DNA from: the human T2T-CHM13v2.0 reference genome, Homo sapiens
Assembly (NCBI RefSeq): GCF_009914755.1
Contig: NC_060928.1
Length of the DNA stretch: 64,000 nt
Strand: one strand, 5' to 3'
Position numbers and translations under genes: made by a program. Positions 32,713 through 47,112 of this stretch are shown one piece after another. The stretch's first letter is position 1. Each line of letters opens with the position of its first letter. Below the pieces are notes generated by a model. It made no database searches. It had not been told where the DNA came from and saw only the letters and a program-made list of their open reading frames with translations.

Positions 32713-32852
32713 TGCAAGATCTCCGGACCCTCAGCAGAGACCTCCCTCCATGCTCCTGTTGCAGGACTTTCCCTTAGTTCAGCTGCAAGATCTCCGGACC
32801 CTCAGCAGACCTCCTTCCCTGTTCCTGTTACAGGACTTTCCCTTAGTTCAGC
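32713..32852. repeat. ~70-bp tandem duplication
   Basis: 32713-32783 versus 32784-32852. Confidence 0.92.
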
Positions 32853-33140
32853 CAACCACGGGGTCCTTGTCCGTCCCACGGCCACGAAAATGTAGGCTTG
32901 CAGACGGTTTGAAGGGTGAGTAAAGCAGGGTTTTATTGGGTGAAAAGGAAAAAAGGGAGGAAAAGGGACCCTCTGCGAAGCCAGAGTCCCTGCTGGTGCC
33001 CTTCCTGTCTGCCAATTTGAATCCTAGATTCCACCCAGAAAGAGGTGGGGCCGGGCTCCTCCCCAGTGCGAAGGGCGTGAACTTGCCGAGGGTCCACCCC
33101 GGTGCACAGGCCGGTTGGAGATTGCTGTCTCACTCCCATT
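32757..33140 (-). mobile_element. ERV1 LTR fragment (MER61-like)
   Basis: Terminus tgttgcaggactttcccttagttcagc, AATAAA on minus at 32932-37. Family name is from a recalled consensus. Confidence 0.55.
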
Positions 33141-33254
33141 GTACATAGTCATTACCTCTCATTGTTTCTATTTTTTCCCTCTGAGAGAGGTGAGCCTCTT
33201 AAATGCAGGAGTGATTTTATCTTTTTGTCTTCCCAGTGCATGGCACATAGTTGA

Positions 33255-33557
33255 TTTTTTGTTTTTTTTTTTTCCTGAGACAGGGTCCAGCTCTGTCGCC
33301 CAGGCTGGAGTGCAGTGGCGCAATCTCGGTTCACTGCAGCCTTCACCTCTAGGCTCAAGTGATCCTCCCACCTCAGCCTCCCAAGTAGCTGGGACTAGAG
33401 GCATGCACCACCGCACTTGGCTAATTTTTGTATTTTTAGTAGAGATGGGCTTTCGCCATGTTGCTCAGGCTGGTCTCGAACTCCTGAGCTTGAGTGATCC
33501 ACCTGTCTCAGACTCCAAAAGTGCTGAGATTACAGATGTGAGCCACCGCACCCAGCC
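33255..33557 (-). mobile_element. AluJ-like
   Basis: Antisense Alu. Confidence 0.93.
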
Positions 33558-33674
33558 AAAAACACAAATAAGTGTATTAATAGTGTGAGGCATTGCAAAA
33601 TATTGCTGAGAATACAGTTCACTAGTATCATCATCATAGAGCACAAAACAAATTCTGATATTATTAAGAATATC

Positions 33675-34143
33675 AGCCAGGTGCAGTGGCTCACGCCTGT
33701 AATCCCAGTACTTTGGGAGGCTGAGGCAAGCAGATCACCATGTTGAGAGAGAGACCATCCTGGCCAACATGGTGAAACCCCGTCTCCACTAAAAATACAA
33801 AAATTAGCTGGGTGTGGTGGCACACACCTGTAATTCCAGCTACTCGGGAGGCTGAGGCAAGAGGATTACAGCCGGGCATGGTGGCTCACACCTGTAATCA
33901 CAACACTTTGGGAGGCTGAGGCAGGCAAATCACGAGGTCAGGAGTTCGAGACCAGCCTGGCCAACATGGTGAAACTCTGTCTCTACTAAAAATACACAAA
34001 TTAAATGGGTGTGGTGGCGGGCGCCTGTAATCCCAGCTACTTGGGAGGCTGAGCAAGGGGAACCATTTGAGCCCAGGAGGTGGAGGTTGCATTGAGCCGA
34101 GGTGACAGGGTGAGACTCCATCTCCAAAAAAAAAAAAAAAAAA
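33675..34143 (+). mobile_element. Composite Alu (truncated Alu fused to a second Alu)
   Basis: Second Alu head at ~33871; TSD AAGAATATC at 33666-74 and 34144-52. Confidence 0.88.
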
Positions 34144-35129
34144 AAGAATATCGTAGCTCTAACACATACATAGAAAACTCATTCTATTAGAAATTAAATT
34201 ATACTAATATTATTGACAATCACTTTTATAGCTGTCATTGTAAACTCAAAGACAAGAAATAAATTCATCACGAGAAAACATAAAACAAGTACTTAGCCTT
34301 ATTGTTGAGTTGCCTTTTACTGAATGGTACCTCAGTTCTTGGGATAAAGTTTGAAACAGCAACTGGAAGGACAGCTTTAACTTGAAAACGGTTTTATTTT
34401 TAGAGTTGTCATGTTACAAAAGCTCTTCTCACATAGCTAAGCTGTTGGAAAGAGACCAGGTTTTGTGAAAGTTTTTCATTAAGTGTTTCATGTTATCATC
34501 ACTGTAACCCCAAACAATGGCAAATGCTTCATAAGCCGCTGAAATGCCGATTCAGCTGATAAATTAATAAAATTCTCCTTCTTTAAAGTCCTAAGCCAGA
34601 AAACACTTGTTAACATTTTTAACAGGAATGAATGAAGATGGATGGACCACCCAAAGATGCTCCTATCCCAGGGTAATCTCCAAAGACAAAACATCAATTT
34701 CACTGTGTTTTTTGCTTACCCAGGTCAAGAGTTACCAATACCAAGACATCAAACTGCACAGAGATTGGACCTAGAGCAGCAGGAGGTAGTATATAAAACA
34801 CCAATACTAGAGGGAATTAGGAGAGGGAGCAGAAAAATGATTCATCTGTAGCACGTGTGGTCTGCAAGTTGCAGGGTGTAGAATGTAGCTTGTGGATAGA
34901 GGAAGAGTATTAGAAAAAATTAATGCTCATTCAAGTTTATTTTATGAACTAGCCAAAAAGTCACACATGGATACTCACAGTAGGTAGAATAATCAGAGCA
35001 GAAATAGCACTTCTGGCACATAGTTATTGGGATTGAGGAAGAATTCATTTTAGCTTTAATTTTAAAATAGCTTTAATTACTTTTATTTTAATTAATTCTT
35101 CTAAAGCTTTTAATTTTAAAAAAGCTTTT

Positions 35130-36170
35130 AATTTTTATTGTGGAAAAACATACATAGCATAAAATTTGCCATTTTAACGATTTCTAAGTGCATAGTTCAG
35201 CGTCACTAAATACAATCACCTGATTGTACAACCGTCACCACCATCCATCATCTCTAGAGCTTTTTCCTTTTCAACTTCCCAAACTGAAACTCTGTACCCA
35301 TTAAACAATAGCTCTTCATTACTCTATCCTCCCAGTACCTGGGAACCATCATTCTACTTCTGGTTTCTATGAAAATGACATTCTAGATATCTCATATAAG
35401 TGGAATCATGCAGTGTTTTTTGTATCCAGCTTCTTTCACTTAGCCTTATGTCAAGGCTCATCCATATCGTAGCATGTGTCAGAATGTCTCTTTTTAAGGC
35501 TAAGTAATATTCCACTGTATGTCTGTACCACATTTTGTTTATCCATTCCTCTGTCAATGAATGCTTCCACCTTTTGGCTATCATGAATAATGCTGCTATG
35601 CAAGTGAATTTGCAAATATCTGTTGAAGTCCCTGCTTTCAATTCTTATGGGTTTAAACCCAGAAGTGGACTTGATGACTCACAGGGTAATTCTATGTTCC
35701 AATTTTTTTAGGAGCCACTGTACTCTTTTCCACCATGACTATACCACCGTAGAGTCCACCAGCAATGCACAGGAGTTCTGATTTGGCTACATCCTCACCA
35801 AAATGTATATTTCCTGTTTTTTTTGATAATTGCCGTCTTAATGGGTATGAAGTAGTATCTTATTGTGGTTTTGATTTCCTTAGTAATCAGTGATGTTGAG
35901 CATCTTTTATGTGCTTGATGGCCATTTGTATATCTTCTTTGGGAAAATGTCTACGTAAGTCCTTTGAATATTTTTTAATTGGGTTGTTTATTTATTGTTG
36001 AGTTGTAGGAATTCTTTATATATTCTGGATATTGATCCCTTATCAAATATATTATTTGAAATATTTCCTTCCATTCTGCAGGTTGTCCTTTGATTGCACA
36101 AAAGTTTTAAATTTTGATGAAGTCCAGTTTACTTATCTTTTTTTTTTGTTGCCCATGCTTTTGGTGTCAG
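35130..36170 (-). mobile_element. L1MB 3' portion
   Basis: Antisense L1MB 3' UTR; ORF 35354-35641 (FTCIAALFMIAKRWK...EYY). Confidence 0.85.
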
Positions 36171-36645
36171 AAAGCTTTTAGCTTATAATTTTAAATATAT
36201 CATGTTTCCTGCCTCATATGTACCACTGGACAAGGTCCCTTTTATGTGCTCAGCTTCTGTCAGAGGTCCATGTATTTTGAAGTGGAGAACAAAGATAATT
36301 GCAAAATTGGCATGGAGAACTAAGGTAATTATGAAAGTTCCAGACACAAAGAGAGAAGGTTCAATATGCCAGCAGTTCTCTACCAATCCATCCTGGAAGT
36401 CTTCTTTTAGGACTGCCTAAATAAGGCAGGGGATGAGTGCAAGACACACAAGTGTTCCAGAAGCATGTAAACAAGATACCGAGAAGAGGATACGATAAAA
36501 TAAGATGAGATAGGAATATTAGGAAAGCCCTTGTTCAGAAGGTTGCCTACAGAGGCAAAAGGGACAGTTTCACTTTGCTGAGGGAAACAGGGTGGTAAGA
36601 ACCCTCACGGGGAAGACCTCTGCTTACCCTGACACAGAGAGAAGG

Positions 36646-37126
36646 TGTAAAATAACTTAATGGAAGACCATTAGGCTGAGATAGCTCCTATGGCCTGGGT
36701 TCCTACACAGACAAAATGAAACAAGCTTAGCCCGTCACAAGTGTCCGGATGAATATTACCTGTGTAATGAGAGGCCTTCCACCAGGATGGTTCAAATAAT
36801 GCAACTGCCCAAATTTTCACCAAATAGTTTCTCTACTCCTACATTCACCCTATAAAAGCCTTCCCTACAAACACCACCAGTGCATCCTCCAACCAATTTC
36901 AGTTTGGCGCTGCCTGATCCATGAATCTCTGTCTGTTCAAATAAACTCTTTAAAATTCTAATATGCTTAAGTTTATCCTTTAAAAAAAAATTGAGATGGG
37001 ATCTTCCTATGTTGCCCAGTCTGGTCTTGAACCCCTGAGCTTGAGGGATCATCCCATCTCAGCCTCCTGAGTAGCTGGGACTACAGAAATGTGCCCCCAC
37101 ACCCAGATTACATTTATCTTTAAACA
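36646..37126 (+). mobile_element. ERV1 (MER4-group-like) solo LTR with an Alu monomer near its 3' end
   Basis: TG start, CTATAAAA at ~36850, AATAAA at ~36940, ends ...tttaaaca. Confidence 0.55.
36991..37106 (-). mobile_element. FLAM/Alu monomer
   Basis: Antisense monomer. Confidence 0.85.
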
Positions 37127-38864
37127 AGAGTTTGACCCCTTTCTGAAATTTATTTATGTTAAGACATGAACCCTAGTGATATTGCAGGCTCATTTTAGAC
37201 CATCAGACATTTTGGTCTCTGGACCACTATTTGCCGTTTGTGACCTGATCTCCTAAGAAATTCAAGTGTAATTCAAGTTAGTTTACCCTCTGCTGATCAG
37301 GGGAGGTTGCTCTGGGTGCAAGTTCAAGACAGGCACTCATGCCTTCCTACCAACTCCTCTGGAGATTCAACAGGGCAAATCTTGCTCTCTTGGGGCCTAG
37401 GACAGAGCAAGGCCTCCTTCTGGGGCTGAATCACTGAATTTCTTCCCAGCCCTGTGCCCTCCCTATATGAAGACACGGATGCTGGGTAGACAGTCACCAA
37501 AGACATGTCTCCCCTAGTGTCTGGACCCTTCACTGTATATCTCCTGGTCATTTCTGCTGACCAGACTACCCCCTCCCTGTGCTGACCTTGGAGAAGTGAA
37601 GCCTGCTCCCAAGGTACCTAGACTTTTTGCTGCTTTACAATCACACAGTTTCACCTGGGATAGGAGATGGCAGGAAAATCATCAGTGATTTCTGTTCCCC
37701 TCCGAGGGTCTCTAGATAATTTGATCATTGCCTCCCAAGGCTTTATTACCTGGCCAGTCTCCTGGAGAGATGAGAAATATTTCCACTGAGGACAGGATGC
37801 ACTGCCTGACATGAGCTTATTGCAAGTTAAGTCTCCAACGTGGTTCAGAAAGGCCATCTGCCTTCTGCTCAGATCTGCTGCTCATGGGTTGAGTGCTCCT
37901 GACAGGTACACAAGTCTTCCACTCCAAAGCCCAGACCAGGAGAGGGGTGGCTTCACCAGTGGAGGGCACCAGGCTCTGTGATGAGCCGGGAACTGGAATG
38001 CGGCCACCTAGGCAGAAGTGGAGGTGATGGAGATACTGAGTGGCAGGGAGAGTAAGACCCTTGGTATGAAGAGCATTCATCATGGTATTTAAGTGACGAC
38101 ACCTGGAAGCCATGAAATTCACTAAAATCAATCTGTTGTAGATCACCAGTGATTTATAATTGTGTAATTTGATTTTTGTTTTTTCCTTCTAGCAAAACTT
38201 CCTTGTAGCCAGCAGGGTGGGAACTGAGGGAGGTGGTACCAGCCTAGTAAACCATGTAAGTTTCTAGTTGAGAGTTTCGGCCAAATTTCCATAAATTAGC
38301 CACACGAGCCTTTACAGAGGGCCAAAATCCAAACCTCTGACCTGTCGTCTCCTGACCCTGCTTTTAACCCCATATCTCTCCCACCTGTTTCCTTCCCACG
38401 CTCCTCTATTCTACAAAAATTCAACTGGGGTCTGTTTTTCTTTCATCAGAGTCAAGCCCTCTGGAGAAGGCAAAAATAAAGCATGAGAAGGGAGAAGAGC
38501 ATGAAGGTTGGCTGTATGGTTACGACAAAAAGCAAACAAACAACAACAAAAATAATAAATCATATTGCCTGCAAGTGAGTCTACCAGGAATTTTTGCTGC
38601 ATTTACAATATTTTTAGGAAGGAAAAAAATAAGTACAGTACTATGATTTTTATTTTACAGATAGAAAACCTAAGATGTATAATTTTTTCCCCAAAGTCAC
38701 ACTGTTAAAAACAAATCGAACAGTATAATATTAGGTATTTTGGGGAAGAATGTGGAGAATAAACAAACTGTTCATGGAACTTGAGTCTTCTGACTTCCAG
38801 ATCAGATTCAGTTAAAAACACTATTACATAGTCCTCAGTCTTTGTGTCAAAATGGAGATGCACT

Positions 38865-39247
38865 GGCCTGGGCAACATAAGAAGACTCTGTCTCTACAAA
38901 AAAACAGTTTTTTTAATTAGCCAGACGTGGTGGTGGCCAGGCTGGTCTTAAACTCCTGAGCTCAAGGGATCCTCCTGCCTCAGCCTCCTGAGTAGCTGGG
39001 ACTACAGACATGTGCCTCCACATCCAGCTTACATTTATCTTTAAACAAGGGTTTGACCCCTTTCTGAAATTTACTTGAGTTAAGACATGAACCCTAAGTT
39101 ATACTGCAAGCTCATTTTAGACCGTCGGGCACTCTGGTCTCAGAAGGCTAAGGCAGGAAGATCACTTGAGCCTGGGAGGTCAAGGTTGCAGTGAGCCATG
39201 ATCATGCCAGTACACTCCAGCCTGGGCAACAGAGTGAGACCCTGTCT

Positions 39248-39281
<34 letters not shown>
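38865..39281 (+). mobile_element. 5'-truncated AluJ interrupted by a templated insertion
   Basis: Alu sequence at 38865-38935 and 39142-39281, long poly(A). Confidence 0.88.
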
Positions 39282-39284
<3 letters not shown>

Positions 39285-40198
39285 GATGAGTCTGAATACA
39301 CTAATTGCTAATCTGTGCTGTAGGCAGGTTTCTGATTGATTCATCTTTGAAAATCTTATCTACTTGTTTAAGTCAGTTGGTTTCCCTGAAACATGATACT
39401 GGTTGCCTAATACCAACAGTTGCTATTCAATATCTTTTTCTTTTTTTTTCTCAAGAGATAGCAGAGAAAATGACCTTTGCATTTTAGGGTGGGTTTTATT
39501 TGCTCATATGTAAACATCTATATCACACATCGTTTGATGTAAAAAATGTTTGCCAAATGAAAAAGCATGCCATGCTCATGGATTGGAAGGATCAATATCG
39601 TTAAAATGGCCATACTGCCCAAAGCAATTTACAAATTCAATGCTATTCCTATCAAACTACCAATGTCATTTTTCACAGAGTTAGCAGAAGCTATTTTAAA
39701 ATTCATATGGAACCAAAAAAGAGCCCAGCTAGCCAAAGCAATCCTAAGCAAAAAGAACAAAGCTGGAAGCATTACATTACTGAACTTCAAACTATACTAT
39801 AAGCCTACAGTACCCAAAACAGCATGGTTCTGGTGCAAACAGAGACCAGTGTAACAGCATAAAGAGCCCAGAAATAAATCCACACACCTACAGCCCTCTG
39901 ATGTTTGACAAAGTCAACAAAAATAAGCATTGAGGAAAGGACTCCCTGTTCAATAAATGGTGCTGGGATAACTGGCCAGTCATATGCAGAAGAATGAAAT
40001 AGGACCCCTACCTTTCACTATATTAAAAAATTAACTCAAAATGGATTAATTATTTAAATGTAAACCTCAAACTATAAGAATTCAAGAAAACCTAGGAAAT
40101 ACCATTCTGGACATCAGCCTTGCGGAAGAATTTGTGACTAAGTCCTCCAAAGCAATTGCCACAAAAACAAAAATTGGTAAGTGGGACCTAATTAAAAC

Positions 40199-40467
40199 TT
40201 TTTAGGGCGGGGTGGAGTCTCATGCTGTCTCCCAGGCTGAAGTGCAGTGGCACAATCTCAGCTCACTGCAACCTCCGCCTCCCGGGCTCAAGTGATTTGC
40301 CCCCCTACAGGTGCACACCACCATGCCTGGCTAATTTTTTTTTCTTTTTAGAGATGAGGTTTCACCATGTTGCCTAGGCAGGTCCCAGACTCCTGGGCTC
40401 AAACATTCCCCTCACCTCTGCCTTCCAAAGTGCTGGGATTACAGGCATGAGCCACCATGCCCAGCCA
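40199..40467 (-). mobile_element. Alu
   Basis: Antisense Alu in L1, TSD about ggacct(a/g)a(t/c)taaa. Confidence 0.9.
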
Positions 40468-40799
40468 GGACCTGACTAAAGAGCTTCTGCACAGCAAGAG
40501 AAACTATCAACAAAGTAAACAGACAACCTACAGAGTGGGAGAAAATATTCACAAACTATGCATCTGATGAAGGTCTAATATCCAAATCTATAGGGAACTA
40601 AATTCAACAAGCAAAAAGCAACCCCATTAAAAAGGAGGCGAAAGACATGCAGAGACACTTCTCAAAAGAAAATATACAAGAAGTCAACAAACATGGAAAT
40701 GCTCAATATCACTAGCCATCAGAAATATGCAAATCCAAACTACAGTGAGATACCATCTCACACCAGTCACAATGACTATTATTAAAAAGTCAAAAAATA

Positions 40800-41191
<392 letters not shown>

Positions 41192-41755
41192 TCAGACTTT
41201 CCAAAGAACTCAAAACAGAACTACCATTTGCCTCAGCAATCCCATTACTGCATAAACATATCCAAAGGAAAATAAACTATTCTGCCAAAAAGACACATGC
41301 ACTGGTATGTTCATCGCAGCACTATTCACAATAGCAAAGACATGAAATCCACCTAAATGCCCATCAACAGTGGACTGGGAAAAGAAAATGTGGCACATAT
41401 ACACCATGGAATACTATGCAACCATAAAAAGAAAGAATCATGTCCTCTGTAGCAACGTGGGTGCAGCTAGAAGACACCACCCTAAGTGAACTAACACAGG
41501 GAGAGAAAACCAAATACTGCATGTTCTCACTTATGCGTGGGTACTCATGGACATAAAGTTAGCAACAATAGACACCAGGGACTACTAGAGGGGAAGGGAG
41601 GGAGAGGGGGACAGGGGTTAAAAAACTATCGGTTGCTATGCCTACTACCTGGGCGATGGGATCATTCATACCCCAACTCTCAGCATCACACAATACACCA
41701 GTGTAATAAATCTGCATAGGTACCCTCCCGAATCTAAAATAAACATTGAAATTAA

Positions 41756-42055
<300 letters not shown>

Positions 42056-42362
42056 AAGATTAATTAAAATTTTAATTTCATCTTATTAAAAAACAAAGAT
42101 AAATTTACTCCTTTCCATTTTCAATATGCATTATACTGACAGACATACTGTATTCTATGGTGAATTATATTGATTGAATTTCACATCTTAAACTAACACT
42201 GAGTTACCGTGAAAAACTCCATTGGATCATAATGTAGTATGTTTTTAATATATTTTAATACAATTTACAAAAATTCTGTTTTAAAATTACAACTATGTTC
42301 CATAAATAAATATGTAAAAAATAAAAAATGTTTGTATTATTCAAGTGAAGATTATAGAGATC

Positions 42363-43669
<1,307 letters not shown>

Positions 43670-44161
43670 TAGAGATCTTTTTGAACATATACTTAATCTC
43701 AACTAGCTTTAAATTCAGAAGTAGCAACTCCATAGCAATTCAACTTATTTCTACCTTATTAATCATACTGGTCACCTCGAAGAAGCTTCATTGCTATCAT
43801 CCAGTTTAGACTGGAATATCATAAATCTCTAGACTGAGTAGCATAATACTCACTATTCAAATAAAATCAAATTTTATAATGTTATGACACCTCCAAATAC
43901 AAAAAGCAAACCCATGGATGTTAGGTTAAGGTATAGAGACAAGTATTCCTACTTACTATCTTTTAGGGCAGACATATCCCAGCCAGGATGATTGCAAAAT
44001 GAAATGGAAATCACATGGTGTAAGGGGACTTGGGACTCATACAGATTGAATTTTCATTCCAACTCTTACATATACAAGCTGCATGACTCTGGGTAGATTG
44101 CATATTCTCTTAGAGTTTCAGTTTCCTCGTCTGTACAACAGATGTTAACACTTACGTGTAA

Positions 44162-44457
44162 GGCCGGGCGCGGTGGCTCACGCCTGTAATCCCAGCACTT
44201 AGGGAGGCCGAGGCGGGGGGATCACGAGGTCAGGAGATCGAGACCATGGTGAAACCCCGTCTCTACTAAAACCACAAAAAAAAATTAGCCGGGCGTGGTG
44301 GTGGGCGCCTGCAGTCCCAGCTACTCAGGAGGCTGAGGCAGGAGAATGGCGTGAACCCGGGAGGCGGAGCTTGCAGTGAGCCGAGATCGCACCGCTGCAC
44401 AACAGCCTGGGCGACAGAGCAGGACTCCATCTCAAAAAAAAAAAAAAAAAAAAAAAA
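44162..44457 (+). mobile_element. AluY with a 12-bp left-arm deletion (AluYd-like)
   Basis: gagatcgagaccatggtgaaacc lacks TCCTGGCTAACA. Confidence 0.85.
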
Positions 44458-45202
44458 CCCTTATGTGTTATGGCTGACGTGGGGATAAAAGAGAACCAAT
44501 ACGGATGCATGGGCACGGCCTGGTCCACAGAGCAGCTGGCATCAACAAGTGGAAGCCCCCTTCCCATCTTGTCTTTACTTGCACTACAAAATTGTGAATA
44601 TGTGGGTATAAAAAGTAGTCTTATAAGACACAGAATTGGAAGCTTTTGCAAAAAGAGGTTGGGAGAGTGTCACATCTTGTGGCATGAGGAGTTGTTGGCA
44701 TACACTTGAGCTTTGTGCTGTGAGATATTCGTGGAACTTCAATAGCTTTAAGAGAACAGTTTAGATGTCATCTTATTAACCTACCATAACACTTTCTCTT
44801 GTTTTCAGAGATTTCTGGACAATACCTTTTACAGCTCTAATAATGTGGACTATTCTAATAGATACAAAGTGGTATTTCACCAGCAGATGCTACTGTAGTT
44901 TATATGATGATTTCAAACTGAGAATCCCTTTAAGGTTATGCAGTAGGTTTTATTGGAAATAGGATGAAAGCCCTTTAAGTCTAAAATCCTAAGAAATAGG
45001 TTTACAGCATATAATTCTTTGTTGCAATGTCTATCATACTATCTTACATCCACATACATATTGATTTCCTAATACATATGTATGAGAGTGAAAGTTATTG
45101 AGGGCAGAGACTGTGCCATATATTCCCTGCACTGCTGGTGCCTATCTCAGCACATGATATACAGTAGATGCTCAATAAATACTTTAACTTAAAAAAATGC
45201 AT

Positions 45203-45497
45203 GGGCTGGACACAGTAGCTCAGGCCTGTAATCCAAGCACTTTGGGAGGCTGAGGCGGGTGGATCATGAGGTCAGGAGATCGAGACCATCCTGGCTAACA
45301 TGGTGAAACCCCATCTGTATTAAAAATACAAAAAATTAGCCAGGCATGGTGGCAGGTGCCTGTAATCCCAGCTACTTGGGGGCTGAGGCAGGAGAATTGC
45401 TTGAACCCAGGAGGCGGAGGTTGCAGTGAACCGAGATCGCACCACTGCACTCCAGCCTAGGTGACAGAACGAGACTCCATCTCAAAAAGAAAAAAAA
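45203..45497 (+). mobile_element. AluS
   Basis: Alu consensus match. Confidence 0.95.
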
Positions 45498-45907
45498 TGC
45501 ACTAAGAATAAATCAGTAGACATAAAAATACGTATGAATACAATCTACAGACGTGGTCAGGAGCTCAAAATCCAGCCTTCAACATTTAAAACCATATCCA
45601 TCTTTCAAGACCCTTAGTGAAATGCAACTTTTTCCCTGAAACTCCTCTGATCCTTCCACAACCCCAGGATATAATCTTCCCCACGTTAGAGTTCCCACAG
45701 CACTTTGTACCTCTTCTCTTAAAATACTCTCCACTTTCTGCCTTACGTTATAATCTGTCCAGTGACTTAGATATACATAAACTCCTGCCTGTTGCTTGTG
45801 TTGTCCTTAGGTGTCCCCCAGTGCTGTGGGTCTTCACCAAATGCTTGCTGAATTCTCTCACCCCTTATTCAACAGCTAAGCTCTGAAATCTTAAAAGTAA
45901 ACAAAAA

Positions 45908-46213
45908 GTTTATTATTTATTTATTTATTTAGAGACAAAGTCTCGCTCTGTCACCCAGGCTGGAGTGCAGTGACGCAATCTTGGCTTACCGCAACCTTCC
46001 TCTCCCGGGTTCAAGCGATTCTCCTGCCTCAGCCTCCTGAGTAGCTGCGATTACAGGTGCATGCCACCACGCCTGGCTAATTTTCTGTGTTTTTAGTAGA
46101 GACAGGGTTTCACCATGTTGGCCAGGATGGTGTCAAACTCCTGAGCTCAGGCGGTCCGCCCACCTCGGCCTCCTAAAATGCTGGGATTACAGGCGTCAGC
46201 CACGGCGCCTGGC
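45908..46213 (-). mobile_element. AluS
   Basis: Antisense Alu, TSD acaaaaagttt. Confidence 0.95.
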
Positions 46214-46839
46214 TACAAAAAGTTTTAAAGTAGCTTCAAAACCCATTTGCAAATAGGTGTATGCAGAACAAGATGAAAACAAGAAAACATTGAGCTTCAT
46301 ATAATAGAAGGGTTCTGCCTGGATTTGCATGTGGCCCCATCATTTGTTTGCTGTTGGGCCGTGGTCAGGTTACTTAGCTGCTCTCTGCCTCCACATAGGC
46401 TTGCTGCCTGTGCATCCCTCATCTACAAAATGGGAATAATAAGAATATCTAACAATGAGAAGTGGAGAAAACGTATGTAAAGGCCTTTGAAGAGAGCTAT
46501 TGAGTCAAAGCTCAATAATTGTACTCAATAATTGTCAACTACCATTCAATAATAATAATCATAATCATAAAAATATATGACTCAAAGAAAGAGTCCTACT
46601 TCATATCCAGCTTCTCAAAAGAATATCAGATATTGGACCTGTGAAAGGAATGACAATGAGATGTAGTTTCACATTGCTAAGTTGTTTTTTTCTTTTAGCC
46701 ATTCAATTTCTGTAGTCCCCGCTCTAAGCCCACGGTCAACTTTTTTTTTTCCTTCTAAAATTTCTTCCCTTCTGGTAAGATTATCTTTGCCTTAAAAAGG
46801 GCCCTTTTCATCCCCCTACCCCCTTACCCTTCCCAGAAG

Positions 46840-47112
46840 TTGGTTAATGGGCACAAAAATACGGTTAGATAACAGAAGAAGTTCTAGTGTTCAACAGCAC
46901 AGTAGGGTGACGATCGTTAACAATAACTTATTATATATTTCAAAATGGCTAGAAGATTTGGAATGTTCCCAACACAAATAAATGATAAATATTTGAGGTA
47001 ATTGATATGCAAATTATCCTGATTTGATCACTACACATTTTATGCATGTATCAAAATATCACGTGTACCCTACAAATATGTACAATTGTCATGTATCAAT
47101 AAAAACAAAAAA
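46840..47112 (+). mobile_element. L1MA 3' end
   Basis: ttggttaatgggcacaaaaatac...ggaatgttcccaacacaaa...AATAAA. Confidence 0.8.

Noticed and set aside
37956-37969. CTCF-like CCAGTGGAGGGCAC
   Set aside because: Mismatch in the core; not supportable without ChIP data.
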